Notes under the pieces: model-generated | Databases searched by the model: none | What the model saw: the letters and a program-made list of their open reading frames with translations, nothing else | What the model was told of the DNA's origin: nothing | Assembly (NCBI RefSeq): GCF_964204645.1 | Contig: NC_134029.1 | Location: 22,810,950 to 22,874,949 of the forward strand | DNA length: 64,000 nucleotides | Source: Tubulanus polymorphus | Taxonomy: Eukaryota; Animalia; Nemertea | Reading direction: 5' to 3' | Shown here: positions 47,010 through 62,000 of the stretch, one piece after another | Numbering within the stretch: the stretch's first letter is position 1 | Layout: each line of letters starts with the position of its first letter | Made by a program: the position numbers and the translations under genes

Positions 47010-50000
47010 CTACATATAAAACGAATAACCTATCCAGTAAAGTATGTTGAATATAACAAATGTAATTGGAAAGGCAATCCTCGATATTGTGTCAATTCGG
47101 CTTACACTGTTCACGCCATTGCACTGAAACCGTTCAACTTCCCGATATCTTGTGTTTCCTTTAAGGCAATTGAAAAACATATTCCAACACGAATCAGGCG
47201 TACGCTTTTTTAAAAGTTTCGCGTGTCCGTTTCGACCCCGACGTCCTGCCAAACCATCTGACTTTTGGCTATTAGGCAACAGTGGTTCCGTTTGTTGGTC
47301 CTGAAACAAGAGTAGACGATGTTTATTCATTAGCAAATAATACAATGAATAATAATAACATCCTTTGTGACGAGTTAATATAAATATGCAGCTCATTTTG
47401 GTGCTATATATCGGATGTTATGATGAATACATTTCCCGAGGCAAGAGCCCAGTTTCCGGTCACCTTGACCTTTGCAAGGACACATTCCAATGTCATTGAT
47501 TTTCAACGCGCGCGCGTACCTCATCATCGCTGTCCGGTATGTCAACTTTGCCAGTTTTCGTGAAATAATTAACGCCGGCATATTCGACTAGAGCACCGAA
47601 AACGAACAGGAAAGACACGTGAAGAAACAGGTCCAAGGCGGTCGTGTACGGAACTTTCGGGATTCCAACTCGACCAGTAAGCACTATAGTTGATGTCGTT
47701 AAAATCGTCGTAATTCCTGAAATAAAACGGAAAAAGTATGAAATAAGCTTCACTTTTTGCGCGGTTCATGGAACAACTCATCTTATCATTAATATTGAAA
47801 AAAAGTGGAAAAACCTAAATTGAATATACAGTTAACTAGTATCATATCTTATAACGGCATTTTTTTTTTCAAAATGTAAATTGCCACAATCATAACTTTC
47901 AGATATAGTTACCAAATATATAATTGAAATGATGGCTGGCTGTATACTGTTGGTCAGTGGCTCAAAATAATTGGCGCAAATATGCATACATTACATAACA
48001 TATGCCACTTAATAAAGCCGATTTTCATTTCATACGCTGACATAAGTTAGATACTCGATTTACCGCGGCACTACAGCGCTGTTGACTAACTTATTACCGG
48101 TGTGATTCGCATGTTTGATCAGTCCTGATCAGCCGTATTACTGACAACAAATACATATTTACGTCTTTTGCCGCGAGTAATTGCTACTGGCAAATGAGAT
48201 TAGTCCGCGCGATGCGGTCTCGCAATCGCCCCATAAATAGTTCATTCTCTTGTGTAATTATTGAAGCTTGTTCGTCGGAATTCGAAATTTATCCGGGGTA
48301 TTTACGTTTCATAATCGAATATGAAGCCACCGCAAGGTATATTGGGCATTACACCCCCACGAGATATGTACATATATACGTTCATATATAGTTAGTTTAC
48401 ATGTACTTAGTAATCAGTCACGTTTCCAAACGATTTACTCATTTTCATATTAAATGCCGTCAAGCGTCCATAAATACAGCAGAAATATTCGAAGCTGTCA
48501 TATCATATTTGGTATTCATGAACACATCAAATTCCTGATACGCCGTGATTTTGAGACGTCAATAAATGGCACTTAATAATAAGCTCGTAATTTACAACTT
48601 CATCGGTGACTGAATGTACGACGCAAGTTTTATTGCTAACTCTACTCTTTCCAACCATTTCCCAAATGGTGTTTCATAATATTATCGGCCTCGAAACGAC
48701 GCTAAAAGAAAGTTCTCGAAAAAGTATTTCTGGCCCATGAATGTAACAAGTCCGGCGATTTATTCGAAAGAAAAATCGCCGATTAGGGAACGATTTAGCG
48801 AGCAATCATTTTATAGCGCGAACGGCTTATTATTTCTCGCTAAAATATTCCCAGAACATATTACTCCGGTAAATTAAAACAGAAAAAATCGTGATGCCAA
48901 CACACACGTTGATTACTGTCATAAAATTACAATTTACGTAAACGAACCACGCACAATTCCTCAAACGTCCGCGCGCATCCGCCACACCGCTACAATTACT
49001 TTCGCATTGCGACTGACGACTTCGGTTAATGCATTTATAGTGGCAAATAAGAATAAATAATTCAACCGGAAAACAGCCCCGAGGAATATATTCAACAGTT
49101 TGAGGTATATCAGTTCGCAAAAGTGACAAGTAACAGAAATCCGCTTCCTCGACAAGACGTAGTCGTCGTCGATTTGAATTCGTAATTCGAATCGGAGATG
49201 TGAGGGATCATTGCGAAAAATCGAACATTTTGCTTCTTCAAAATCAGATGACGCAACTGCAGAATTTATTCATTTCTTACGATAATCACACGGTTTATTA
49301 CGATACGGACCCAACGCTTAGCCTAGGTGTGTCGTAGGTTTAATGTTGGTCTTCGTGCGAGTCGTGTGTCCTGACACGGGAGAACAGTATCTATACAACC
49401 TGAATTCATTTATTCATATAGGCGGAATAAGTACAAGGTACCTGAGTCCTTACGTAATACAATAATGGTTAATTAATGTTTGAATGCCAGCGTTGATATC
49501 AATCATATTCCCACAGCTACAAATTCGAAACACTTGCGAAATAGTAATTACAGGAAAGTCTGAGTAATGACCGTTACAATTCTCAAAAGAACGAGTCACG
49601 GTAGGAGAGACAGTGGATTTATCATTGACGACTGCGAGGGAAGCTCATTGGTATTCCCGTTCTATTCAAAGAATTCTAAATGACTTATGATCTCATATAA
49701 ATATTTGATGAATGACAGGAGCAGACGCGTCCCCACGTGACTAAGAGTACTGCGGGCTGTTTATGATTCACGGATTATTTGTTGCTCGCATAAAAATTCT
49801 TGGACAATAACAAACTACAGGTCATTGGAAAGCGATAATTTTGACGGAGCTGTTGTTACATAATAAACCAAAACATGAATATAAAATTAAAAGGACATGC
49901 ACACAGCAATGGGGTTCCGGCACCAGATTACACAAAAACATACTTGGTTATCATTCTTAGATGAAATTAGCTCATTTTCATTGAAATATGAATTGGATTT

Positions 50001-53000
50001 TAGGCTTCCAAATCCTACTATCATCAAACTAGTCATCGAATAGATATTAGATTAATTTTCCCACTCGATACATAGTTTATTGATTCAATAATTTTGTTGA
50101 TTCGAATTCAAATGAAATGTAGAAAAACATCTGAAGCGGTTTGCACGAGCTAGCCCAGTTAGCACGAGCGAACCTGGCGGATTGTCGCGAAATCCTCGCT
50201 TGCCACAGTAGCGGTGCCGATACCCCATTATACGAGCAGTATAGCTTACCAAGAGTTACTCTGGCAGGCGTGGCTTCCCTGTTGATCCAAAATGAAACCC
50301 ACGATATCACGACTATCAGATAACAAGGCAGGTATACTTGTAGAATATAGTAGCCGATACGACGCTGTAGAACGAATTTCACGTGCAATTCGGAATATTC
50401 ATCATCTAAAACGGAAGGAATTTCATCCCCATTATCCACCGAAACCTTGAACAGCCCAAATAACGCACGAACAGGAGGTATTCGAGCTTAGATAAATAGT
50501 GCGCTGGCGTGTTTCATATTATCTTATTCGAAAATTGAGCTCGGTTATTTACAGACAGACTCTTTGATTTGGTCATAAGAACTACAGGCCTGTCGATCGA
50601 AGGCACTACAGTTCTCAAATGCGTAAAAAAAGATTCCCTAGATTGAATTTTTGTAAATTGCGAAACTTTAAATTTTAGAAATTTGTTTTGACAAATCGTT
50701 TCTGAAATCTTCGAATATTTATTATCGCTCGAATACCTTCCGGAATTTAGGGCGGATTAAAGACGCAACAGCGCGTCTAATCTCGAAGCGATCAGTTCGG
50801 AATCGAAAATGTCATCCTACGGGATTAACAGCTTGAAAATAGCGCGATGTCCACAGCGGAAGTCAGATTAAACCGCTCGTCTGTCATATACCGTGACGAA
50901 CTCGTTATAATTGCCTTATACTGCCTTATTTGAAATATCGTCTGATAATCGAAACCGTAAACAGAGAAAAATGTTAATATCTAAAAGGGAATGATGATGT
51001 TGATATATACCTGCAATTTGCATGGACATAACGGAAAATATCGCGATCATAATGATGTGGTCATAATATGGGTTAATTTGACGTCAAATAACATTTCAGT
51101 TGGGGATTTCGGTTGTACGGATCATTCGTATTGTCACCTATAATCTAACAAAAAAAGTATCCAGCGCGTAGCTTCCATTAGGCAAATTGACACCCGAACC
51201 AAATACGTGCCAGGACTGTGACTACGACTTAAACCGGCGCCGTATTCTGTCTATAGCCTATCATCTCGCCATCAATTCCGAGAGCGATCCCTCTTTCCTT
51301 AGATATTAACCTTTCCACGACCACTTGGACACCTACCTCCGCGAGAGGAAGACAGGACATGCTTGCAACGCCAGCTCATCAGAATAAACTGAGCCATCGT
51401 GACGCCGTCGGCGAGTTCAACCGGCTGAGCCTTGATATCCGTCATCCAACGATATTCAACATCTTTATTAGAATATGCATCTACAATGTAGTCAAATTGA
51501 TTAGAAACAGAAACTTTGATAACATTTATTTTGATAGAAATTGAACGTCATTTCGCGGTGTACTTACAACTACCGATGGCTAAAGGGCAGGTTTGGTTGT
51601 CCATTGGATATTTTTTTAAATTCATTGGACAGTTGGCTTTTATGGTCAACCTACAAATAAGGCATTTTCTCGCATATTACGTTGAGGTTAACTAAAGAAA
51701 AAAAGTTGCGTCATAAACATGACATAAGGCAGGAATAATGACGATCATTAGCGAATGGATACCTCATAGATAACAAAACACCACCAGAACTGGTAATCCT
51801 GAGTAATTTGTTCGGATAAGTGATCATGTGAAGATACGAGCCTTGTCCGTTCACGATAAAAGTGTCCGGTTTCCAGATTTTGTCCAATAGTTTGATGCTG
51901 ACTCCGAGTTTTTCGATCGTACGATTCGCGATTTTCGACGGGAATCGGAGCCGACTGTCGTTCCATTTCTGTCGGAAATACACGTCCATCGTGTATTGCT
52001 AGAAATAGAAGAAAATCACAGATTTGCAGACTTTATTCCCCATACTTCATTTTACGTAATTTTACATGCATACAATATTGTAAGTCGTAAATGCAATTTT
52101 GATTTGGAACAAGATAATCAGGAATTGACTTTTGAGCTGCACTCGTTTTGGTGATAAAGAACCAAAGTAATTCCTCGCGTGTGGTTTATGTAGTTTACAA
52201 AACCAGACGTAAATGAATCGGAAGTTCCTGGAATCAAACCACAGCAGAGACTAGAGATTCAATGTTTATAGACTCATATAACCGAACGAACGACCCATCA
52301 CATTTGGCAAAAATACGTCACAACACGCGACATGTTTCGCCTTTATTTCATTCATTTGCTTTTCATTCACCTTTTAAAAATAAGACGCGGGCAATAAATT
52401 AATTATCAGGTAATTTTGTAATTTGCCAGAACGCGACGAGAAATGACGCAACGAGAAATTATTAATGAAGAGGAACTCTCGTAAATCAGCGACTAAACAA
52501 ACAGTTAATAACCCACCGAGGAGGGAACGAACGTACATAAACATCCGTCATTAATTTCACATATGGATAAATCAGGCAAAATTGAAATTAAGTACACTAA
52601 AGCGACTTCATCGTCTGTACCTCATCTCGACGTTTTCTAACCATTGTCTAAAAGCGATATCTAGTACGTTTAGAATATATACTATATAACTGTAGTGCAT
52701 TTCATTCTCATCAAATAACGCTTATAGACAATGGTCAGACATCAGACAGTGTTATTGTTACGTCGTCGGGCTGGAGTGCAACTTAGACGCAAGCAAAATG
52801 TTTTTCATCCAGTCATTTTTCAAACATTGTCTGCAAGCGATATTCGAAGTGCGCGAAAGAGTTACGTACTTTTATGTGCTAGACATAATTACGTGGTGAA
52901 GGACTAGAAGATCCTGATACAAACTATTGGTCTTGGAAATCAGTGGTATTGGAATGCGTCAGGTGGAGTGCCGACGAATCAACTTCTCGATTCAAACGAT

Positions 53001-56000
53001 ACGTTTTCTCAGGAAGCAAAAGAACATGCTTTCTCATCTAGAACCATTGTCCTAACGATGTCTAGTCTGAAGGAAATGCGCTACTTTCATAGAGTTATAT
53101 ATGAATTTGTAATACACGCTAGACATGTGTGGTGGATATAGCTTAGAAAATTCTGATAAAAACGATTTCCTCAAAAAATCAATGGTTTATTTGAAATGTG
53201 TAATTGTTTCGCTGTCAACTCGAGTGCCGACGAAACAACTTCGATTCGAACGATATATTTTCGTTTTTTTTTAGAGAGACCGGAACGGAAGCAAAATTGA
53301 TTATTCGTTAGAAAACTTGAATTTTCAGCTGCGCTTATTGCCGCAAAACGCTCGATCAAATTATAAAGACGACGAAATATGCTTCATACAGTTTGTAGAT
53401 TCCATAAAGTCATCAATAAAAATCGTCGCGTCTATCTAATTCTAGTTAAGTTTTGATCACGCAATTCCTAACGGGTACGTCGCGGTAATGATGATTGCGG
53501 TGAGCTGCGTTCCCCGTTCACGGAAACGCGTAATTTCACAAATGGAATAATTATAAAAAGAGACGTTATAGTCTGGGAGAAGAGAAATAAGACAGAGACA
53601 ACCGGGCGAACATTAATCAAGAAAGATGAGACACGAGCCGTAAATGAAAAATCAATTATTTCATTGACGCTTTGATTTATTTTCATCCGCGGAACGGTGC
53701 TTTTCTCAGTCAGAAAAAGCCGAGTCGCAGACGTCGTCGTTGTCTGATACAGTGTGTAAAGCGTCAATTTCACGACGTTACTGTCTGGTATTCGAAGATT
53801 TACGGCTGCTGTAGATGGGAATATGATACTGAATGACCACCGAGCTCAAATAATATACCTAACGGCTGTATTTTCACGACGTAACAAATTCAGAGAACAT
53901 CTGTTGATCACGCCTCTCTACTCAACGAAGGCTTTTAGTGCATGGATTAACTCGGTGTGCAATACCTCGGGGAGGGGGAACTCATTTCACGCGTCAATAT
54001 CACCTTATCCCTTCCGACACTTTGCCTGTATGTAAGGGAATTGCTTCCAAGCCGATGAAAAATCTAGTTAAGAACGATTGAATTGGCTGGGTATTTTTTT
54101 CATCAAAAAGTTCTATTACAAGTAAGTACCCCGGGCTTTTCAGTTCGTCGTTCCCCATTGTTTTCCGTAGCACGTCCCCGAGAGGTTTCGGTAGCCGATG
54201 AACGTAATTGTCAAAGTCGTTTCTCAAAACTGCCCGGTCACAATCGACGGTTGACAGTGACATACGTTGGCAGTTTATTTTACATTATGTGCAATGATGT
54301 GCACCGAAAGATGAAAACAAATAGCCGCCTCAAACGAGATAGCATACCGCTGATTTATTTCACCGACTCTCGGCAAACCCTAACGGCAATTGATAATGGT
54401 TTTGCGGCTATCATTTGCGCTCGGATGTGAAAAAAAACTCCGCAAAACTCTGAAATGACAGTCGTGTGACACCGCAGATATCAGAGAAACACTCGTAAAA
54501 GAACGTGGCGTGACTTTTGTACACCTTATAACGGGCCGCGTATAAATCAATTCGGCGAAAATGATCGGTGCTCGCTTGTAGAAGAACTGAAGCATGAATG
54601 AACGCACATTTTTTGCTTCCGAATGAGTAAAACCGTGGTTCACGAGATTATTTCTAGCTGGTCGGCGATGAAGTGCCCAATACACTTCAAAGATCGCTAA
54701 TACAACCGCTAACGAAGTTTCCGAACCGATTTTTAACGTGTGACTTGTCGCAAATACGCAAGTTCTCTTCAAAGCTTGATGGTTGTTAAAGATGTAGTAT
54801 GGGTATAACGAAGTTTCGGCTATTTTTATGCGATGACCTAATGTGAGCTCCGTCGTAAATCTATGCTTAGTAGATTAGATATTCGCTCATGGTGTCTATT
54901 AGTATAGCTCAAAGGCTTCGTAACGACGTTGACCTTGTAGCTTCGAATCTATCATTTTTAATCAGGGTAAATTGGCTGTTATGTGTAGACTGTCACCCAG
55001 CGCCTTAAGCTACAAAATAAATGTCATACGAAGAAAGGAAAAATCAAAATTTCCTTCCTAACCTCGATTTACATTTCATGAAAATCATATCACGTTTGAA
55101 TCATAGTAAACGGCTTTTACGATAAACGCGCATTTTTGATAATAACTCAATACTTTTAAGATTCCCATAGTGTATTTACCCTTCAGATACACGCTCAATG
55201 TATTAGGTCCTAGGATTTGCCCGCGGAATGAATTCTCAAACCCCATTACTCTGCGCAATCGTTAAGAGCTAATTCACTTTTAATGAAATTTCATTTATAG
55301 ATGTTGCGTCTCGGGATAGAATCTAAATTGATTATTTCGATCGGTTGGGTTCCTTGAAAAAGCCTGAAAAATCCAGTCGAAATAATTAGAATCTTAAAAA
55401 AATAAAACTCAAGGGTCACAGGAAGACAAAAAACTATATAGACCAATGTGTCATATAACGGGTTATGGTGCATGAAAATTGAATGAATGCTTTATTTTCA
55501 AATGTAAATTGTTGGTAAGGTCATGGCTGCCAAAGTATTCCCGAACATGACTATCAAAATGTAGTCGGATATAAATCATTAACTAAAGGGAACCTTTTCG
55601 GGCTCTTTTTTCTTTCCCGTGTGAGGAATTTACGGATGATTGTCGTAGGACGTTCTTCTAAAATAATCATGACAAGATCAAAAAGTAAGTTCGATGTCTC
55701 ATGTGTCTCGCAGTAACATTGTTCTACTCTAAGGCGAAAAGGTTAAAAGAAGCAAGCGTAGATAGGTTAACCGCGCGCGTCGTAAAGAACACGATCATCT
55801 GAGTATCCCGAGGCATGGCCCGATCGCCGGTCGTCATTTCTGCGGGTCACTGGCGCGTACAAATATTACCGTCTGCGTGATTCACTTGCCAGAGTACGCT
55901 ACTATCGCAAACATGGCTAATGGCGCGAAAAACGCCGCAAAACACTCATATTTTGCAGGTTATAATCACCAGCTACCGAAGCGATCTACCAAGCGTGTAC

Positions 56001-59000
56001 GTACACAATCGTATATCTCAACTAATCTTGAATAAATCAATGATAAAATCCGTTCAGTCTATTCAATGTCGCTGCATCTACATAAATTAATGAAATGATT
56101 GTTTGGGGTAATAAATTCAACTGCGGTTCTGTAACTAGTAACCGGTAAATCACTGGAAATGGGCGAATCATCAAATAACGCGTGAATGAACGTTGTTTTA
56201 TGTCGCGCCAGACCACTTTTGGTTGTATGTTTATTTCATCGAAACATTGCCGCCGAGACCACAAAGCAAGCCAGCATTTCGAGCCAATTTACTCAGTAGG
56301 TAGTGCGTCGGTATTTTTCGTTTAGCCAGGCCATCAAAAAGAAATTACGATTGTTATTCAAATGTAATAATGGTTAAATTCAGCCGAGTGGTTAATTCAC
56401 TTTTATGACGACTCGATTTCATTTCGAGCTCAATCGCAATATTGGCATTGAACGGAACGTAAAACGTCATTAATGGCATATAGAAACTGTTTTATGAACG
56501 GCAGAAAAAAAAAAATAAATTCGTTAGTGTCACCCATAGCGAGGTGCGACGCAATCAGGTCCTGTTAAACACAGCAAGTGATCAGTTATAAAGCTACAGC
56601 AATCAGGGTATCAATGGCAAACGTATGAATACGTACCACGCCATGCCACCCATTAGAATACTGAAAAATAACTTATCAAACTTTCAATCAGGAAACTTTT
56701 GCGTTTACAACGGCACCCCCCGAATCAACAACAAATATTCATTGAAAGCGTGACGACAAAATTAGACGTTTATTTACGCAACAGTCGAGGAAGAGGAAAA
56801 TGTGATCGGGCTTTTTTTCTACTAATGGGGATATTTAAATCGTAACCACTAGACGCAAACATAAGTTATTATACTTGTTAATGGGAAACCAAATCGCTTC
56901 GTTGCTATATCATTTGGTTTGACGAGCCACGAAAAACAGAAACAAAACATCATTATTATTTATCGAAATTGGGATTATCCAATTCATTTCGGTCAGGCGA
57001 TATTTCATGACCGTATAATTCAAACTCGGTTTTGCCGCGTTATGAAATAATTGTTCTTTGCATATTTAAACGAAATTCGTGCTCCGAAGTCGATATCGTA
57101 TTCTGAATGTTTATAAGTTTTAAAAAAAGTGAGTCCCTCGCGCATCGTAGTCACGCAACGTGCCCTAATATTGTTCTGTTAAATAAAACGTCAAGGCTAG
57201 ATTACTTTTACGTAACCGGTGGTTTTGAGTGCGCCCGTGGGAAGGCGGACTTAACTCGAAATCTTGTCTATTGATGTATTAACCGTACGCTTTATTCGGG
57301 CCATCTTATATACATTGCGTATCTCCACCGTGCAAAACGATGCACCAAGGCCCCAGAAAAAAAAGATAATACGTTCCTCGATTTTCTCTTGTCTAATCAG
57401 CGAGTTTATCGGTCCCTAGTCGATGAACGCATACCAGCTAATAACCGGTGAGAAATCTATCTACACATATATATGTGAAATATTTATACATGTCTGCAAC
57501 AAGAAATTGTCGAAAATATTACGGCAACCCCGCGAGTTCGTATCAGATACAACGATTCCCCGGATGACGATCTGTGATCGTATGTAAGATATTCCCAGCG
57601 AACTCTCCTCAATAAATATGAAAATGTTGGCTACATCATAAAACATGATGTCACCTATTCTCGACTTACATCGTGTATATATGAAATATCATATCCGAAA
57701 AAGTACCAGGCCACCTGCCGATATATACGGCAATAACTTACAAAGAACCTGATTTCATAATCCCGCGTTCATTAGTCTTGCTTCAATTTAATCTTCTTAC
57801 CAAAGTTCGAAATCATCAAAGAGTCGTCGTCAACATAAAACCGACTAATGATTTTCTTCGTCGCAAATTATTATCTTTGTTAAACTGATGATGATGATGA
57901 TGATTTTTACCGTAATAGTACATACGTACCATCTGTTCTTCCGAAATTGGTCCCATGCTTTTTATGTAGATGTTAGATTCGACTATAGTTGGTCCTTCTG
58001 TAATGAGAAAGGAGAATTGGAGTTGAAGTAAGTTTTCTGTTTCGTTGATTTTCGATTATGTTCAATGTCAATGAATAACCTAATACAATTCCCAGTTTGG
58101 CGTAAAGATATATTTTTGGGCAGAAATTATGCAAATACGCTCTTTTGAATGCCGCGAGGTTCGGTATATAGCTGTCAAATCGCGCGCGTCACCGGGGCCA
58201 GAATAGTGTTTATTCTTCTCTGACCCGTTGATAAACGCCGACTGAGACGTCAATCTCTTACGACAGACTGGTAAGCTCGAAAAACAAAAGACAGATTATA
58301 ATCGAAACGCTGAAATAATATGAAAACGGCCGAGAGAATACGACTAAACCGGTTAGGGAAAACTGCATGATCTAGCGTTACTGACAGATCGGTTCTGATG
58401 ACGCGTATGGACTTCCGTTATTGCGGCTAAACGGCCACTTGAATGCGGACTTTTATGTCACGGAAGAACAGCGGCCATAAATATCCGTTTCACCTGACGG
58501 GGACATGGCTGCAATTATTATTTTTCATCTCGTGGGGAAAGTTTTCGACGTAGTCCAGCGGCACTTACATATTAAGTAGTTAAACGACTTTTCGTGTTCG
58601 GGGCAATATAAACTGTATAGCGCGAACATCGTTAAACCAGCAACAAAATGATGTTTATAATGTACGATTGCGATAAAACAATACCGTACTTCAACGATAC
58701 GGATTCGTGAAACGCATTTATGTCTTTATTCGCGAGCGCTTTCGATTTCTGTGCCGTCGCTGAAATCAGATTTCAATTGATTCGCTGGGTTTTAGATGCG
58801 AACACGAGAAACCGTGTCGTCGGTAATACCACGGTTTTCGCGAGAATCAAATGCGACATTTTCGTTTAAACCGAGCAGCAGTCGTTTTAATTGATTTGAC
58901 GTAGCGTTTGGGGAATTCGTCAAAATCCATTTTGTCGCATTCTATCTGACGTTTCTCCCATTCAAGCCTTTAATTTAAGGCTTATACCTGCTCCAGTTTT

Positions 59001-62000
59001 ACCGCTAGTCTTCCATTATACGGTAGGGATTCTATCGCAGTGTATGGTAATTCTCTAGCTCACTATCTCTGAAGCGTGCTGGGCTTCTCATAGCTTAGAG
59101 GCAAGAAACCCGGCAATGCTTCACTTATTCCGTCCGCTTATTGACCACTAACGAACGACAGATTACACGATGATAGAGATTTATTTTCTCGATTCTCACA
59201 GCGATTGAAAAGCCATTTTCCAACACGATATGATGTCAAACGATACGTGTAGTAAATACTTGCAGTCGGCGAAACGAACTTATTCATACGCCGTAGCAAA
59301 TACCGAACTCATAAAACCAATGAATCAGGACACGGATACTTGTCGAAGCTAAAAATCCGAAATGTCACCAAATTTCAAATACAAAGTAACGCGAAGCTCG
59401 AATGAACATGCTTTAGTGGGACATATCGACTTAAAAATCCGTACTAGCAAAAACGGTACAAATTTCATTTTCTAATGAGAGAATTTATCTATTGTAGTAT
59501 TTTTTGTACTAAGCTTTGTCTTATCTTATATAAATACCAGAACGACATCAAAACGTAATCACTTGCACTATTCCTGAAGAGGGGATTATACAACTTCTGA
59601 AAACGTTATCTATATCAACTTTTTGAATTCCTTTTTATCCTTCCCAGGCGACCAAAAGTTATGTATGATGAGTATATGTCTATAGTGACAAACAGCACGA
59701 CGACCTTGACTAATGAGTTTTACCTGTATAAATATGATGATACAACTCTCATTTGATGGCCGGATTATCATCGAATCGATATTAGATACTCGATCATACA
59801 CCGGGTCCGTATACCGCCATCGGGTACACGTGCAATTCGATTACCTTCGCAACTTACTAATGACTGATGATCCATACGTCAATACTATTTAGTGACTCTT
59901 GGGTTTACATTACTTCAGGTGCATATTGTTAATTACGATGTGTTATACGTGTGTTGGGTATTTTTCACGATACTTTAACTGCGGTTTAATTCCAAGTGAA
60001 ATCGAAGTGAAATTGTAGTGGTGCTTGCGAACACTTCGATTCATTCCGCACATTTATATTCTGAACTGTAAAATGCGGTACATTTTCTATATTCCGTGTC
60101 CTTTATAACATTCAATATGACTATTACATCTCGTTTTCCGATGAATTATTCATTCGAAATTCAGTGTTAATTGCAGGACCGTGTAGAAAAAAACCTACGA
60201 TCCCCGATATAAACTTGGCCCGCGTTTAAATACTGCTCGGAATTATATGCACGAAATTCGTCAATTCTTCTCGGAATCGCGCTCTAACTTAATGTTTTTA
60301 TTGGACCCTTGACAATTATTGAAATAACGTAATTACTCATATGCAATCGCAAACGTCTTTTCAATTTGCATATCGTAGTAAATATTGTGAGATGATACCG
60401 ATTTAGCCGAACTAATTTCTACTAAAAACCTCAATGTACATTTGGTGACCTCGTAGACAAAATCAGGGGTGAAACCAGCCTCAGTTTCCGAGACTGATCA
60501 CTATAGTATCACATACCCACAAAGGGGGTGCAATAAATTTGGAATTTTACAGCCTCCAGATGCAATCTGAACGGCGTTTGTGGAGATGTAAATTTAGATT
60601 TTCCACACATGCAGAATAAGGGGATCCTATGATATTACAGTCACGTGCGGCTCAAGCGGTAACGGTATTTCTATATAACATTTTCTCTGTACGTCGTTCA
60701 GAAACTAATCATTGATCATCTACTCGACTTCAATGAAAATATTTCACAGCATTGGTATCGTTTTCTAGGGTAGTTTTAATGCCCGATTGAATTTTTCCCC
60801 CAGAATTATCGCAACGCGCGCTAGATACAAGCATTGTGTATCGTGTATTGTGTATTGTACTCGGTATTCTGCCATGTAACGGATTGAAAACCTTAGCAAC
60901 CATCTTCGGTAAATAATGTCTTTAAGGCGTATTGTTGTGGGGTGGATACATCATTTTGTGGCCCGGATTATTATCTATGTTTGTATATGACGAGTCGTCT
61001 CTCTCTCTACATGTAGTGACAATTGGAAAATAATGGCCAGATTTATCAGTATACAGGAGTATAGCGCGTTAAGAGCCGTGTCGGGAATACGTGATAATCT
61101 GATCGAGACAATGTCGATATCATAACCCGCTCTTAATAGCACCATCTCTGCGCTCCGTTTCCTAACGATTCTGCCGAAATACTGAAAATATTATCCAGTA
61201 GGAGACGGAGATATATGAACAACGAAAAATGGATCTTGGATAACTTCGATATATTTCATATGACGGAATATAGAATAGCCCCGGTGCACTCTGACGTGGA
61301 GAACAGAACATAAGTTTAAAACGCTCTGTATACAGAAGAATTTAGAAGATTAAAAACGAATTTCATTTATCAAGAATTAAAATCAAAATACACTACGTTT
61401 CGAATTCTCACTAGAGATAATCGTATAAGGTACGTATCTGACGATGATCTGCAGTGAGAATTCGAAACGTCGTGTATTTTGATTCTAATTCTTGATAGAT
61501 GAAATTCGTTTTTAATCTTTCAAATTCTTGGGTTTTAGACTTATTTTCGCAGGATACATATTGTGTTAGGTATATCTAAACAAAAAGATGGATGTCTTAC
61601 CAACGCAAACAAGAAAATGTGTTTTGGTTTGTGCCTGATAACCTTAGAAAACTGATGAAAAACTCGATGCGAAGTATTTTCTTCAATTATTGGAGAACCC
61701 TTTTTACTTTTTAAGAAGATCCTGCATCGGTTTCCGATGCCGGATATTTGATAGGGCAGTCATTTTCACGATAGAATCGTTTTCTGAGTCAAGAAGTAAA
61801 AAAAAAAGATCGCAAGTCACTGGAGTATCGCAATCAAAAGGTTTCGCGAAAAAAGAGATGAATTCGTAGCCTGCAGTGAATTCAATAGAGCACCAGATGA
61901 GTTTAAGAAGTCTCGATAAAATGCCCGAAAGCGATTGGTGACAGATACTACTGAGAGGAATAACCTTCGAGAAATTACTCATTTTATTTATCCTCAATTC

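Noticed and set aside
51011-51137. AG/GT-bounded segment on the - strand as a possible extra receptor exon
   Set aside because: It has a stop in the required phase, and exon 51480-51337 already joins 50405 in frame.
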